NCBI GenBank assembly: GCA_965220745.1
Contig: CBDCQT010000012.1
Span: forward strand, 416,001-480,000
Direction: 5' to 3'
DNA from: Alphaproteobacteria bacterium
GTDB lineage: Bacteria > Pseudomonadota > Alphaproteobacteria > UBA828
DNA: 64,000 nt
Shown here piece by piece: positions 30,515-40,988 of this stretch (position 1 is the stretch's first letter; the number at the start of each line of letters is the position of its first letter). A program made the position numbers and the translations under genes. Under the pieces are notes generated by a model. It had not been told where the DNA came from, searched no databases, and saw nothing but the letters and a program-made list of their open reading frames with translations.

Positions 30515-31876
30515 ATGTCATCGCCTGAAATTCTGACCCGGCCCGAGACCCGCGTGCCGGTGGTCGCCAGTGCCGATGTGGTGGTGGTGGGCGGCGGGCC
30601 CGCCGGCATCTCGGCGGCGGTCTCGGCCGCGCGCAACGGCGCGCAGGCCATCCTGGTGGAGCGCTACCCCTACCTCGGCGGCCTCGCCTCCGGCGGCATG
30701 GTGCTGGTGCTGGACGACATGCACAACGACACGGAGATCTCCGTGCGCGGCCTCGCCATGGAGATCGTCGAGCGCATGCACGCCAAGGGGCTCTGCGTCT
30801 ATCCGCCGAAGGCCGACCGCGACCCGGCGGTCCGCACGACGGACGCGATGTGGCGCAAGTGGTGCCGGTGGGGCCTGTTCGACTTCTACGCCAATACGAA
30901 GCCCTATCCCATCATCTTCGCCGCCTCCTTCGACCCGGACGGCTTCAAGCAGGCGTCCCTCGACATGGTGCGGGAAGCCGGAGTCGAGCTCAGGCTGCAC
31001 AGCTGGTTCCAGTCCACGATCGTCGAGGACGGCCGCGCGGCCGGCGTCATCGTCGAGACCAAGGAGGGCGCGCAGGCCATCCGCGGCAGCGTCGTCGTCG
31101 ATGCCACTGGGGACCTCGACGTGGCCGCGAGCGCCGGCGCGCCTTTCGCCGAAGGCGCCTACATCGTCACCACGGTCTCCCGCATGGGTGGCGTGGATAC
31201 GGACGAGGCGGAGCGCTTCCAATTCGAGGAGCCCGAGCGCTTCGCCGAGATCGACCAGCGGGCCCGGCGCCTGATCGGGGGCTGCTGGCAAAACTGGTGG
31301 CTGAAGACCCCTCTGCCCGGCATCGTCTGGTGCAACTGCCCGCACATGTCAGGCTTCGACGGCCTCAAGGTGGCGGACCTCACGGCAGCCGAGTTCGAAG
31401 GCCGGCGCCGCATGCAGGCGGTGCTGGAATTTGCCCGCGAGCACGTGCCGGGCTTCGAGCGCGCCTACTTCGTGGACTTCGCTGCCCAGACCGGGGTGCG
31501 CCAGACCCGCCTGCTGGAAGGCGAGTACGTGGTCACCAAGCAGGACGTGAAGGACCGCGTGCACTTCCACGACAGCGTCTGCCGCGGGCGCGACTACTAC
31601 ACCCCGTACCGCGCGCTGCTGCCCCAGGGCGTGGACCAGCTGCTGGTGGCGGGCCGGCACTATTCGGCGACGTCGCAGGCCCAGAAGATCAGCCGCGAGA
31701 TCCCGCCCTGCATGGCCATGGGCGAGGCCGCCGGCATTGCCGCGGCGCAGGCGCTCGATGCCGGCATCCTGGTGCGCGATGTCGACGTGCGCGGCATCCA
31801 GAAGCAGATGCGGGCGCAAGGGGCGGACCCCGGCGACCGGCCGGCCGCGAACGCGCTCGTGAGGGAGGCCGCCTGA
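30515..31876 (+). CDS. FAD-dependent oxidoreductase of unknown substrate
   Basis: VVGGGPAG, YLGGLASGG, VDATGDLD, GVRQTR, PYRALLP, LLVAGR, CMAMGEAAG. Confidence 0.88.
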   Translation: MSSPEILTRPETRVPVVASADVVVVGGGPAGISAAVSAARNGAQAILVERYPYLGGLASGGMVLVLDDMHNDTEISVRGLAMEIVERMHAKGLCVYPPKADRDPAVRTTDAMWRKWCRWGLFDFYANTKPYPIIFAASFDPDGFKQASLDMVREAGVELRLHSWFQSTIVEDGRAAGVIVETKEGAQAIRGSVVVDATGDLDVAASAGAPFAEGAYIVTTVSRMGGVDTDEAERFQFEEPERFAEIDQRARRLIGGCWQNWWLKTPLPGIVWCNCPHMSGFDGLKVADLTAAEFEGRRRMQAVLEFAREHVPGFERAYFVDFAAQTGVRQTRLLEGEYVVTKQDVKDRVHFHDSVCRGRDYYTPYRALLPQGVDQLLVAGRHYSATSQAQKISREIPPCMAMGEAAGIAAAQALDAGILVRDVDVRGIQKQMRAQGADPGDRPAANALVREAA

Positions 31877-33057
31877 TGACCGCCGATGGAGGCACGGCCG
31901 GCGACCGACCGCTCCCGCTGGACGGTGTGCGGGTTCTCGATTTCACCCAGGTGATGATGGGCCCCTGCTGCACCCAGATGCTCGGCGACTACGGTGCCGA
32001 CGTGATCAAGATCGAGCGCGTCGGGCTGGGCGACATCTCGCGCTGGAGCGTGGGCGAGGACCCGGACGGCGGCAACAACCCTGTCTTCGCCAGCCTCAAT
32101 CGCAACAAGCGCAGCGTCGCACTCAACCTGAAGTCGGAGGCGGACCGACAGGCCGCGTTGCGCCTGGTAGAGAGCGCGGACGTGGTGGTCAGCAACTTCC
32201 GCCCCGGCGTGATCGAGCGCATGGGCTTCGGCTACGACGATCTGCGCCGCATCAATCCGCGCATCATCTGCGCGGTGGGCACCGGCTTCGGGCTGGAGGG
32301 ACCCTACGTCCACAAGGGCGGGCAGGATGTGCTGGCCCAGGCGATGAGCGGCGCGATGCACCGCCGTGCGGACGACGCGCTGCCGCTCTCGATCTACCCC
32401 ACGGCGCTGGCTGACTACAGCGCCGGCATGCACCTGGTGCAGGGGATCCTGCTGGCGCTGCTGCAGCGAGAGAAGACCGGCGAGGGGCAACAGGTGGCGG
32501 TCTCGCTCTACAACTCCATGCTGGCCATGCAGATGCAGGAAGCGGCGATGCGGATGATGCGCGGCCGCGAGCTCAACTGGGCCGCCATGCCGCTCTCCGG
32601 CGTGTTCGAGACCACCGACGGCGCCATCGTCATGGTGGGCGCGTTCAAGGAGAACCCGCTGCGCGACATCTGCCAGGCGCTCGGCATCGACGATCTCTCC
32701 GCCGACGCCAGATACGCCACCCTGGAGCAGCAGCAGGCCCACCGCCCGGAGCTCCAGGCGATCTTCCGCGACGGCTTCGCGGGCAACACCACCGCACACT
32801 GGCTGGCGCGGCTCGATGAGGTCGATATCCTTTGCGCCCCGGTGGTGACTCTGGAAGACGCGTTGGACGCCCCCCAGACCGCCTGCAACCGAATGGTCGT
32901 GGAACTCGAACCGACAGCCGGCGGGCCCGTTCGCCTCGTGGCCTCCCCCATCGAGATGTCGGCGGCGCCGTTCGCGGTGCGCCGCGCTCCGCCTGGGCTG
33001 GGCGAGCACAACGACGAGGTGCTGGCACCAGAACGCGCCGGCGAGCACGCGGCGTGA
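31876..33057 (+). CDS. Family III CoA-transferase
   Basis: PLDGVRVLDFTQ, NRNKRS, NFRPG, GQDVLAQA, PGLGEHN; TGATG overlap. Confidence 0.92.
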   Translation: MTADGGTAGDRPLPLDGVRVLDFTQVMMGPCCTQMLGDYGADVIKIERVGLGDISRWSVGEDPDGGNNPVFASLNRNKRSVALNLKSEADRQAALRLVESADVVVSNFRPGVIERMGFGYDDLRRINPRIICAVGTGFGLEGPYVHKGGQDVLAQAMSGAMHRRADDALPLSIYPTALADYSAGMHLVQGILLALLQREKTGEGQQVAVSLYNSMLAMQMQEAAMRMMRGRELNWAAMPLSGVFETTDGAIVMVGAFKENPLRDICQALGIDDLSADARYATLEQQQAHRPELQAIFRDGFAGNTTAHWLARLDEVDILCAPVVTLEDALDAPQTACNRMVVELEPTAGGPVRLVASPIEMSAAPFAVRRAPPGLGEHNDEVLAPERAGEHAA

Positions 33058-33821
33058 GCGTCGATTTCAATGTCGCCGACGGCATCGCCCGGGTCACGCT
33101 GAACCGGCCCGAGCGCCTGAACGCCATCGACTCCGCATCTGCGGCTGCTCTCGATGATATCTGGACCGCGGTCGACGCGGACCCGGCGATCCGCTGCGTC
33201 GTGCTGACCGGCGCGGGCCGCGCCTTCTGCGCCGGCGCCGACATGAAGGAGGATGGTCCAGAGGGCTTGGCCTATTGGGCCGGCACCGGCGACCACGGCT
33301 TCGGTGGCATCGCGCTCGGCGGCCGCCTGTCCGTCCCCCTGATCGCCAGGGTCAACGGGCTCGCGCTCGGCGGCGGCTTCGAGATGGTGCTCGGCTGCGA
33401 CCTCGTCGTCGCCGCCGAGACCGCATCCTTCGGCTTGCCCGAGCCGCGGGTTGGCCGCTTGCCGCTCGACGGCATGATCCTCCTGCCCCGCCTGATCCCG
33501 CGCACGCAGGCCCTAGGACTGCTGCTCACCGGCCGGCGCATGAGCGCGGCAGACGCGCTCGACTGCGGCCTCATCAATCAGGTCGTGCCGGATGACGCGC
33601 TCGACGGCGCCGTCCAGTCCTGGATCGACGACATCGTTGCCTGCGCGCCGCTCAGCCTGAAGGCGATCAAACGGTCCGCGAACGACACCGCGCACCTTAC
33701 GGTACGTGAAGCCCGCAAGGCCCGCTTGCCGAGCCTCATCGCAGCGCTGCAGAGCCGGGATGCTCGGGAAGGGGTGCAAGCGTTCAGGGAGAAGCGAGAG
33801 CCCGTGTGGAGAGGCGGCTGA
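33054..33821 (+). CDS. Enoyl-CoA hydratase / crotonase (CaiD-like)
   Basis: LNRPERLNA, FCAGAD, GGGFE, FGLPEPRVG, AFREKR; GTG start. Confidence 0.9.
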   Translation: MSVDFNVADGIARVTLNRPERLNAIDSASAAALDDIWTAVDADPAIRCVVLTGAGRAFCAGADMKEDGPEGLAYWAGTGDHGFGGIALGGRLSVPLIARVNGLALGGGFEMVLGCDLVVAAETASFGLPEPRVGRLPLDGMILLPRLIPRTQALGLLLTGRRMSAADALDCGLINQVVPDDALDGAVQSWIDDIVACAPLSLKAIKRSANDTAHLTVREARKARLPSLIAALQSRDAREGVQAFREKREPVWRGG

Positions 33822-33931
33822 GGCGCGCAGCAACACGGCCGCTTCTACACGGCCGGCAGTCCGCATTGCCGTCACCTCCGAATTCTTCGATGATTCGCCG
33901 TGGAGACGTGGCGAGCGGAACCTGAGAATCA

Positions 33932-34843
33932 ATGCACGCGGCGGTATTGCGGTACTTCGAGGCGGTTGCCGAGGATGGCTCGATTCGCCGCGCCTCCGAA
34001 CGTCTTCATATCTCGCCCTCCGCCGTCAATCGGCAGATTCTCAAGCTTGAGGACTACCTCGGCACCCCGCTGTTCGAGCGGCGACCCGATGGGATGCGGC
34101 TAACCGATGCCGGGCAGCTGGTGCTATGCCACGCACGAGCCACTCTGCACGATTTCGCCCGGCTGCGCGGCGACATCGACAAGCTGCGCGGCGTCGTCAG
34201 CGGTGACGTGACCATCACCACCCTGGACAGTCTGAACGTGCAATTCCTGCCAGAAGCGCTGGCTGAGTTCATTTCCGCTCATCCGGCCGTACAGATCCGG
34301 GTGACGGCCTGCGATCCGGTCGAGACCATGCACGCGGTTACCCAGGGCAACGCGGATCTCGGCCTGACCTTCTCACCGGCCTTGCGTCGTGGAATCGCCG
34401 TTCTCAAGGACGTTCCGTGCCCCATGTGCGCCATCATGGCCCCGGATCACGCACTGGCGGCGCGCAAGACCGTTTCCTTGGACGAGTGCGGCGCCCACCC
34501 GCTGATGTACCAGGATAATTTGGGTTCGATGCAACTCTTCTTGGGAGAGGAGATGGAAGCCTTCAAGAACGCACACAAGCCGGTGGCGATCTCCAACACC
34601 CTGGCCGTCCTGAAGCGCTTGCTGCTGCGCGGTGTCGGCATCGCGTTCTACACGCGCCTGGGCTTCGCCGAGGAGCTGGCCAGCGGGCGCCTGGTCGCAG
34701 TGCCGCTCGAGGAAGAATCCATGTCGACCTTGCGCCTGTGCCTGATTGCACCCTCCGAGCGCAAACCGACTGTCGCAGCCCATGCGATGGCCGAGCACCT
34801 GCAGCAGGCCCTGGCCCAATTTGCCGTCGGCATCGATCCCTGA
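33932..34843 (+). CDS. LysR-family transcriptional regulator
   Basis: LRYFEAVAEDGSIRRASERLHISPSAVNRQILKLE HTH. Confidence 0.93.
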   Translation: MHAAVLRYFEAVAEDGSIRRASERLHISPSAVNRQILKLEDYLGTPLFERRPDGMRLTDAGQLVLCHARATLHDFARLRGDIDKLRGVVSGDVTITTLDSLNVQFLPEALAEFISAHPAVQIRVTACDPVETMHAVTQGNADLGLTFSPALRRGIAVLKDVPCPMCAIMAPDHALAARKTVSLDECGAHPLMYQDNLGSMQLFLGEEMEAFKNAHKPVAISNTLAVLKRLLLRGVGIAFYTRLGFAEELASGRLVAVPLEEESMSTLRLCLIAPSERKPTVAAHAMAEHLQQALAQFAVGIDP

Positions 34844-34862
34844 ATCGAGGCGTGACCGTTGT

Positions 34863-35130
34863 TAGAGCCTGTCCGTGATTGAGAGAATCATTAGGAATTC
34901 CGATTAGTTAGGGAATGTGATTCAAGCTGGCTACTGGTGAAGGAGGCCAGCATGGATGACACAGCCCTATTCCAGTGATCTTCGAGAGCGCGTGGTGCGG
35001 GCCCATTTGGCGGGCGAGCCGATTCGCCTGGTGGCGACGCGCTTCGGTGTCAGCGTCTCCTCGGTGCCGAAGTGGGTTGCGCGCTACCGGGCGACGGGGA
35101 GTGTGGCGCCGGGCAGGATCGGCGGACGCA
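34863..35130 (+). mobile_element. IS630-family remnant (left end plus N-terminal HTH)
   Basis: MTQPYSSDLRERVV...VATRFGVSVSSVPKWVARYRATGSVAPG from 34956; end after TA at about 34863. Confidence 0.75.
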
Positions 35131-35320
35131 ACGTGGCGGGAGACGATTTCGCAGTCATCGCTGGCCGGGACCACCACGATCTCGGCTCAACCGCGCGGCG
35201 TGAGTTTCGCATTCTTGTGGACGTTCATCCGGGGTTCTCTTCTCGGTTCGTTGACAGGTTTTCGTCACCCATCAGATTCCGAGATTCGGCCCCGGATGGA
35301 CAACCTATTGAGAGATCACA
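35131..35320 (-). mobile_element. IS481-family remnant (left end plus inactivated transposase start)
   Basis: TGTGATCTCTCAATAGGTTGTCCA end at 35320; ATG at 35228 encodes MNVHKNAKLTPRG, then TGA. Confidence 0.75.
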
Positions 35321-35774
35321 TATAGCAGGCTGCTAGAGCATCTTGACTTGGCTGTTGTTCGGCGTCGCCGCGTAGCCTCTCGGAATGGAAGCGAACCAAA
35401 CTCCTTGTACGCCGATCGGCATCCAATCTGTGCGTAGAACGACAATCGGCCGGGGCGGGATGGTGGCGCAGCCGGCGAGTCTGGAACGTTAGACCTTCCG
35501 TCCGCCGAATTGCCTTTATCCGCTCGGTCCCCTGGCTTGTTGAACAGCCGGTCAAGGTCCAAGGGCGACGTCCCGGCCTGTCGGAGGCGAAGCTCGTGTC
35601 TTTGTTGGACACGACCACCTATCCGAACGAGTCTCGGACCTATCCATTTCGCCGACTGACACGCGGGCGGCATGCTCCATAGACTTCAGCATCGGGTTGC
35701 TGCCTGGCGGGTTGGCGCGGGCGGGGCGTTGGGGCAACATCGGTGTCCTGAACGCTTGGAGAGCAGACGGATAG

Positions 35775-36689
35775 ATGGCGCTTGCTGCCGCCGAGGCGGG
35801 GCCGAAGCTCCCGCTGCCGGACCTTCGGCGCTTTTTCGCCGACGCCAAGTTTTATTGGCTGGTGTTGCCGGCCTTCACGTTCTTCCTGATCTTCTTCGTC
35901 ATCCCGACCGTCTCGCTGTTCCTGATCTCCTTCGACAAGTCGATCGCGGGCGTGGTCGACATCCAGTGGGACTTCACGCTCAAGAACTACATCCGCTTCT
36001 TCAACCGCTCGCTCTACTACGAGGCGGCGATACGGTCGATCGGGCTCGCGGCGATCGTCTCGGTCTGCACGCTGGCGCTCGGCTACCCGCTCGCCTACTT
36101 CGTCGCCAAGACCAGGCATCCGGGGCGCAACACCTTCTACATGATCCTCGTGCTGAGCGCGATGCAGCTCGACATGGTGATCCGCCTCTTCGGCCTGATG
36201 GTGCTGATGGGCGACAACGGGATCATCAACGGCGTCCTGCGCGATATCGGCGTCATCCGCGAGCCGCTGCCGCTGATGTACAACTTCTTCGGCGCGGTGG
36301 TGGGGCTGGTGCAGTTCACCCTGCCCTTCATGGTGCTCTCGCTGATCGGCATCATCCGAAGCATCCACCCGTCGCTGGAGGAGGCGGCGCGCAGCCTCGG
36401 CGCCAACCGCTGGACCACCTTCTGGCGCATCACCTTCCCGCTCAGCATGCCGGGCATCCTCGCCGGCACGCTGCTGGTCTTCGCGATTTCGATCTCTTCC
36501 TACGTGGTGCCGGCGCTGATGGGCGGCTGGAAGGTGATCGTGATGCCGCTCCACATCTATCAGCAGATCGCCGAGATGGGTAAGTGGCAGTTCGGCGCGA
36601 CCATCGCGGTGGTGCTCTTCGTCACCAGCATGATCGCGGTCTACGTCTATCAGCGCTTCGCGGCGCGCACCGCAGGCGGGCGGGCCTGA
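35775..36689 (+). CDS. PotB-type ABC permease
   Basis: LGYPLAY, NGIINGVL, LEEAARSLGA, FPLSMPG. Confidence 0.9.
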   Translation: MALAAAEAGPKLPLPDLRRFFADAKFYWLVLPAFTFFLIFFVIPTVSLFLISFDKSIAGVVDIQWDFTLKNYIRFFNRSLYYEAAIRSIGLAAIVSVCTLALGYPLAYFVAKTRHPGRNTFYMILVLSAMQLDMVIRLFGLMVLMGDNGIINGVLRDIGVIREPLPLMYNFFGAVVGLVQFTLPFMVLSLIGIIRSIHPSLEEAARSLGANRWTTFWRITFPLSMPGILAGTLLVFAISISSYVVPALMGGWKVIVMPLHIYQQIAEMGKWQFGATIAVVLFVTSMIAVYVYQRFAARTAGGRA

Positions 36690-36690
36690 G

Positions 36691-37578
36691 ATGGCGGAGA
36701 TGGTGACGGATACGGGGCCCGAGCCGCGCGGCGGTGGCTGGAGGCCGTTCGGCCGGCGCAACGGGCCGCGCGAGGAGCCGGCGGTCGCGCTGCCGCTCCA
36801 GATCGGCGCGTGGATCGCCTTCGTCGTCTTGCTGCTCCCCGTGGTCATCGTGGTGCTGGCCGGGCTCAACTCCGGCGATCACCTGACCTGGCCGCCGGAA
36901 GGGCTCTCGCTCCGCTGGATCTTCGCGTTCTTCGAGGCGAGCGAGTTCCTGGACGCCTACGTGTTCAGCCTCTGGCTCGCTGTGGTGGTCATGGTGATCT
37001 CGACCACGCTCGGCACCATGGCGGCGATCTTCCTCACGCGCATGACCTTCCCCGGCCGCAACCTGCTGAGGGCCTACTTCCTCTCGCCGCTGATCCTGCC
37101 GGGGATCGTGCTGGGGCTCGCGCTCTACGTCTTCTACGTCTCCAGCGGCATCGGGCTCTCGCGCACGCTGCCAGGGCTCATCATCGGCCACGTGCTGGTG
37201 ACGGCACCTTACGTGATCGGCACGGTCTCGGCCGCGCTCTTCAACTTCGACATCGCATTGGAAGAGGCCGCCCGCAGCCTGGGCGCCGGTCCCTGGACGG
37301 CATTCCGCAAGGTGACGCTGCCGATCATCGGGCCGGGCGTTGCAGCCGGTGCGATCTTCGCCTTCATCGTGTCCTTCGGGCAGTTCGACGTGTCGCTCTT
37401 CCTGAGCACGCCGAACTATACGCCGCTGCCGATCGCCCTCTATATTTCGCTGCGATACACGTTCGAGCCGACGGCGGCGGCGGCGGGCATCTTCGCGATT
37501 GCGCTGGTCGTGGTCTCGATGCTGCTCACTTCGCGACTCATCAACATCCGGCGCTTCGCCGGGATCAAGTTCTCGTAA
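36691..37578 (+). CDS. PotC-type ABC permease
   Basis: WPPEGLSLRW, SPLILPGIVLG, EEAARSLGA, SFGQF. Confidence 0.9.
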   Translation: MAEMVTDTGPEPRGGGWRPFGRRNGPREEPAVALPLQIGAWIAFVVLLLPVVIVVLAGLNSGDHLTWPPEGLSLRWIFAFFEASEFLDAYVFSLWLAVVVMVISTTLGTMAAIFLTRMTFPGRNLLRAYFLSPLILPGIVLGLALYVFYVSSGIGLSRTLPGLIIGHVLVTAPYVIGTVSAALFNFDIALEEAARSLGAGPWTAFRKVTLPIIGPGVAAGAIFAFIVSFGQFDVSLFLSTPNYTPLPIALYISLRYTFEPTAAAAGIFAIALVVVSMLLTSRLINIRRFAGIKFS

Positions 37579-37611
37579 CCGACGATGCAATCGACGAAAG
37601 GAGAATGAACG

Positions 37612-38733
37612 ATGACCGCCAAACGCACTATCAAGCCGTCGCGCCGCACTGTCCTCAAGGGGTTGGCTGCCGGCGGCGGCGTAGCTGCCTCCACCAAGTT
37701 CGGGCTCTTCAACATCAACCATTCCTGGTCGCAGGACGTGCACTGGGACGGCGAGCCCTTCGATGCGGGCGGTGCCACCTTCACGCTCGGCGAGTGGGGT
37801 GGCTTCTGGGAGGAGTTCGTCCGCGACGCGCAGCTGAACGAGTTCGAAAAGACCTACAACTGCACGATCGCCTACGATTCCTCTTGGCCCTGGTTCCCGA
37901 AGTACGTCGCAGGTGGGCCGGAAGACCCGGCCTTCGACATGTGCAACTGGAACCTGCCCGAGATGATGAAGACCGCGCGGGCGGGCGACTACTTCCTGCC
38001 GATCGACGACATCAAGGCGAACGTACCCAACGCGAACGACTGCTGGGACTTCGCCTTCGGCAACGGCATCGGCGTGACCTGGGCCTTTGGCCAGTACGCC
38101 TACGTGTACCGGACCGACCTGGTGGATCCCGCGCCCACGGACTTCAAGTCGTTCTGGGAGGACCGCTTCGCCGGCAACCGTGCCACTTACATCACGTCCA
38201 ATACCCTGCAGATGGTCTTCTTCATCACCGCCAGCGCCGCCTGGGGTGAGGGGCCGGAGGACCTGGATGCCGGTTTCGACGCCATGGAGCGCGCCATGCC
38301 GATGAAGATCAGCGACTTCACCGGCAACATGCAGACCCTGGTGGAGCGCGGCGAGGTGCACCTCGGCGTTCAGTGGGAGGGCGAGGTCTACCTGCAGATG
38401 GACAAGGGCATCTCCGTCGCCCCCGTCATCTGGGACGCCAAGCCGATCCTGACCCAGACCAAGACGATCAGCCGCTACGCCGAGCCGATGCAGAAGAAGC
38501 TCGGCTATGCGCTGATGAACGAGGCGCTCGACCCCGGCTACCAGTCGAAGGCCGGCTCCATATTTTATCTGCGGCCGACCAACGGCAAGGCGGCGGTGTC
38601 GGATAACCTCGCGAGCAAGGGCGTTGCCAACACCGCCGGCGCCATGGAGGGGCTCTGGATCCCGGATTGGAACTGGTATCTCGACAACGAGGACGACATC
38701 GTCGAGACCACCAACGAGATCTTCGGCGGCTAA
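37612..38733 (+). CDS. PotD-type ABC substrate-binding protein, Tat-exported
   Basis: AAGGAG RBS; SRRTVLK; WGGFWE; operon context. Confidence 0.82.
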   Translation: MTAKRTIKPSRRTVLKGLAAGGGVAASTKFGLFNINHSWSQDVHWDGEPFDAGGATFTLGEWGGFWEEFVRDAQLNEFEKTYNCTIAYDSSWPWFPKYVAGGPEDPAFDMCNWNLPEMMKTARAGDYFLPIDDIKANVPNANDCWDFAFGNGIGVTWAFGQYAYVYRTDLVDPAPTDFKSFWEDRFAGNRATYITSNTLQMVFFITASAAWGEGPEDLDAGFDAMERAMPMKISDFTGNMQTLVERGEVHLGVQWEGEVYLQMDKGISVAPVIWDAKPILTQTKTISRYAEPMQKKLGYALMNEALDPGYQSKAGSIFYLRPTNGKAAVSDNLASKGVANTAGAMEGLWIPDWNWYLDNEDDIVETTNEIFGG

Positions 38734-38767
38734 AGCCTTCTTGCCGGGCGCCTGAACGGAGCAGCGC

Positions 38768-39838
38768 GTGTCGGACGTCGAGCTTACGGGTCTGACCAAA
38801 CGCTTCGGCGAGACCCTCGCGGTCGACGACGTCTCGCTCCGGGTCGAGGAGGGGGAGTTCTTCTCCCTCCTCGGCCCGTCCGGCTGCGGCAAGACCACGA
38901 CGCTCCGCATGATCGCGGGCTTCGTTCGCCCGAACGAGGGGCAGGTCTTCATCGGCGGCGAGGACATGACCCTGCTCCCGCCGGAGAAGCGGGGCATCGG
39001 GATCGTCTTCCAGAACTACGCGATCTTTCCGCACATGACGGTGTTCGACAACATCGCCTTCGGCCTGAAGATGCGGAAGGTGCCAAAGCGGGAGATTCGC
39101 GGCCGCGTCGGCAAGGCGCTCGAACAGGTCAATCTCGACGGCTACGAGCGGCGCTACCAGCGCGAGCTTTCCGGCGGCGAGCAGCAGCGCGTGGCGCTCG
39201 CCCGCGTGCTGATCACCGAACCCAAGATCCTCCTCCTAGACGAGCCACTCAGCGCGCTCGACAAGAAGCTCCGGGAGGAGATGAAGTACTGGATCAAGGG
39301 ACTGCAGCAGTCGCTCGCCATCACCACCGTCTACGTTACTCACGACCAGGGCGAGGCGCTCACCATGTCCGATCGCATCGCGGTGATGAACCGCGCGAAG
39401 GTTGTCCAGATCGGCGCGCCCGATACCATCTACGAGCATCCGGCCGACCGCTTCGTCACCGACTTCATCGGCGAGTCCAACATCCTCGAAGCGCGCGTCG
39501 CGGCGGTGAGCGCGGACGAATGTCGCGTCGCCGTGGGCCGAGTCGAGTTCGCAGCCCCGCGGCGCGACGGGATCGAGACCGGCCAGGCGGTGGGCTTCGT
39601 GGTGCGGCCGGAGCGCGTGCTCATCGGCCCTGCCGCCGAGGCCATCGACGGCACCCGGCTTACCGCGACCGTGGTCGACCGCAGCTACCAGGGCGCGATC
39701 ATCCGTTACCGCATGCAACTCGAAGGCCAGGAGATCGTGGCCGAGGTGCCCAACCGGCCGGATCAACCCCACCTCGCTGACGGGGCCGAGGCCGTGATCG
39801 GCTGGACCGTGGCGAGCAGCGAGCTGCTCGTCGACTGA
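38768..39838 (+). CDS. PotA-type ABC ATPase
   Basis: GPSGCGKTT, FQNYAIFPHMTV, LSGGEQQR, THDQGEA, C-terminal TOBE domain. Confidence 0.92.
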   Translation: MSDVELTGLTKRFGETLAVDDVSLRVEEGEFFSLLGPSGCGKTTTLRMIAGFVRPNEGQVFIGGEDMTLLPPEKRGIGIVFQNYAIFPHMTVFDNIAFGLKMRKVPKREIRGRVGKALEQVNLDGYERRYQRELSGGEQQRVALARVLITEPKILLLDEPLSALDKKLREEMKYWIKGLQQSLAITTVYVTHDQGEALTMSDRIAVMNRAKVVQIGAPDTIYEHPADRFVTDFIGESNILEARVAAVSADECRVAVGRVEFAAPRRDGIETGQAVGFVVRPERVLIGPAAEAIDGTRLTATVVDRSYQGAIIRYRMQLEGQEIVAEVPNRPDQPHLADGAEAVIGWTVASSELLVD

Positions 39839-39854
39839 CTCCGTAACCGACTGC

Positions 39855-40958
39855 TCAGACCAGCTCTTCGATCGGCGTGTAGACGTCCGCGATCCCGAAA
39901 TACTTGGGGCCGAACACGTCGAGCGCCTCGGGCGTCCGCATCACCGGTGGCACGCTGACGCCCACCACGCGCACCCGCTGGCCGTACTTGAGTCCCTCGG
40001 TGGTGATCGGCTCGGCGTTCTCCTGATCGAGGATGCAGATCAGGTCCGGCACCATGCCGAGCATGCGCTCGCCCTGCTGAGCCACCAGAAACTCGTTCTG
40101 GAAGCGCACTTCGAGCTGCTCGCCCGAGTTCTCGCCAATGCCTTCGAAGAGCACCCGCCCGATGGCCCAGCCGCGCGTGGTCTCGCGCAATAGGTCCACC
40201 ACCTTGCCTTCGAACAGCACCGTGCAGAAGCGCTTGTCGCGGGAGGTCTGGAAGTACTGCTGGAGCCCGGCGAAGGGGTCGCTCTGGGTCTCGCGGGCCT
40301 CGCGGATCGAGCGGCCGATCTCCATGGCGAGCGTGGTGGTGTAGAGGACGCCGGTCTCCTTCGCCTCCTTGCCCGACATGCTGTAGAGCGCGATTTCCGA
40401 CTTGGTGCCCATGCGGGTGCACACCACCCGCGCGAACCACTCGGATTCGAGATTACTGCGGGCGCGCACGATGACCTCGTTGCCGTGCTCGTCGCGCAGC
40501 ACGATGGGGGACGCAGGCACGCCGTAGACGCCGAAGGTGCACATCTGCAGCTCGGGGAAGGCGCGCCCCATGCCGTCGCCGTCCACGACCGGCAGCCCGG
40601 TCATGGCTCCGATCACCATGGGCAGCGTGCCGTTGATGCCGCCGGCCTCGGCGGAGATGAGCGCGGTGGCCGTGCGGCCCTTCTCGCGCTCGATCGAGCG
40701 CAGGCACTCCACCATGGCATGCGCGCTCGGGATCTTCTCGACCATCACGGTGGGCGCGCCCATGTTGGCGACCGAGACGACGAAGTCGTCGTCGTCGAGC
40801 TCCATCGGGTCCATGATGGTGATGTCGGCGCCTTCCTCCAGCTTCTGGCGCAGGATCAGCCCGCCCACGTAGGGATCGCCGCCGCCGCCGGTGCCGAGAA
40901 AGGCGGTGCCGCGCAGAAAATCCGGCAGTAAGTCGAGGTGCATCTTCATCGTTGGCAT
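39855..40958 (-). CDS. DUF917 family protein
   Basis: LGTGGGGDP, GAPTV, EAGGIN, DGDGMGRAFPELQ, FQNE, VPDLIC, LKYGQRV. Confidence 0.88.
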   Translation of the reverse strand: MPTMKMHLDLLPDFLRGTAFLGTGGGGDPYVGGLILRQKLEEGADITIMDPMELDDDDFVVSVANMGAPTVMVEKIPSAHAMVECLRSIEREKGRTATALISAEAGGINGTLPMVIGAMTGLPVVDGDGMGRAFPELQMCTFGVYGVPASPIVLRDEHGNEVIVRARSNLESEWFARVVCTRMGTKSEIALYSMSGKEAKETGVLYTTTLAMEIGRSIREARETQSDPFAGLQQYFQTSRDKRFCTVLFEGKVVDLLRETTRGWAIGRVLFEGIGENSGEQLEVRFQNEFLVAQQGERMLGMVPDLICILDQENAEPITTEGLKYGQRVRVVGVSVPPVMRTPEALDVFGPKYFGIADVYTPIEELV

Positions 40959-40988
40959 TGTTCGCTATCGCTCCTGCTTGGCTGGCGC

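Noticed and set aside
36622-38997. Long minus-strand ORF (also 25035-27239, 57229-59622, and plus-strand 49378-51696 and 61257-63860)
   Set aside because: Antisense shadows of well-supported genes
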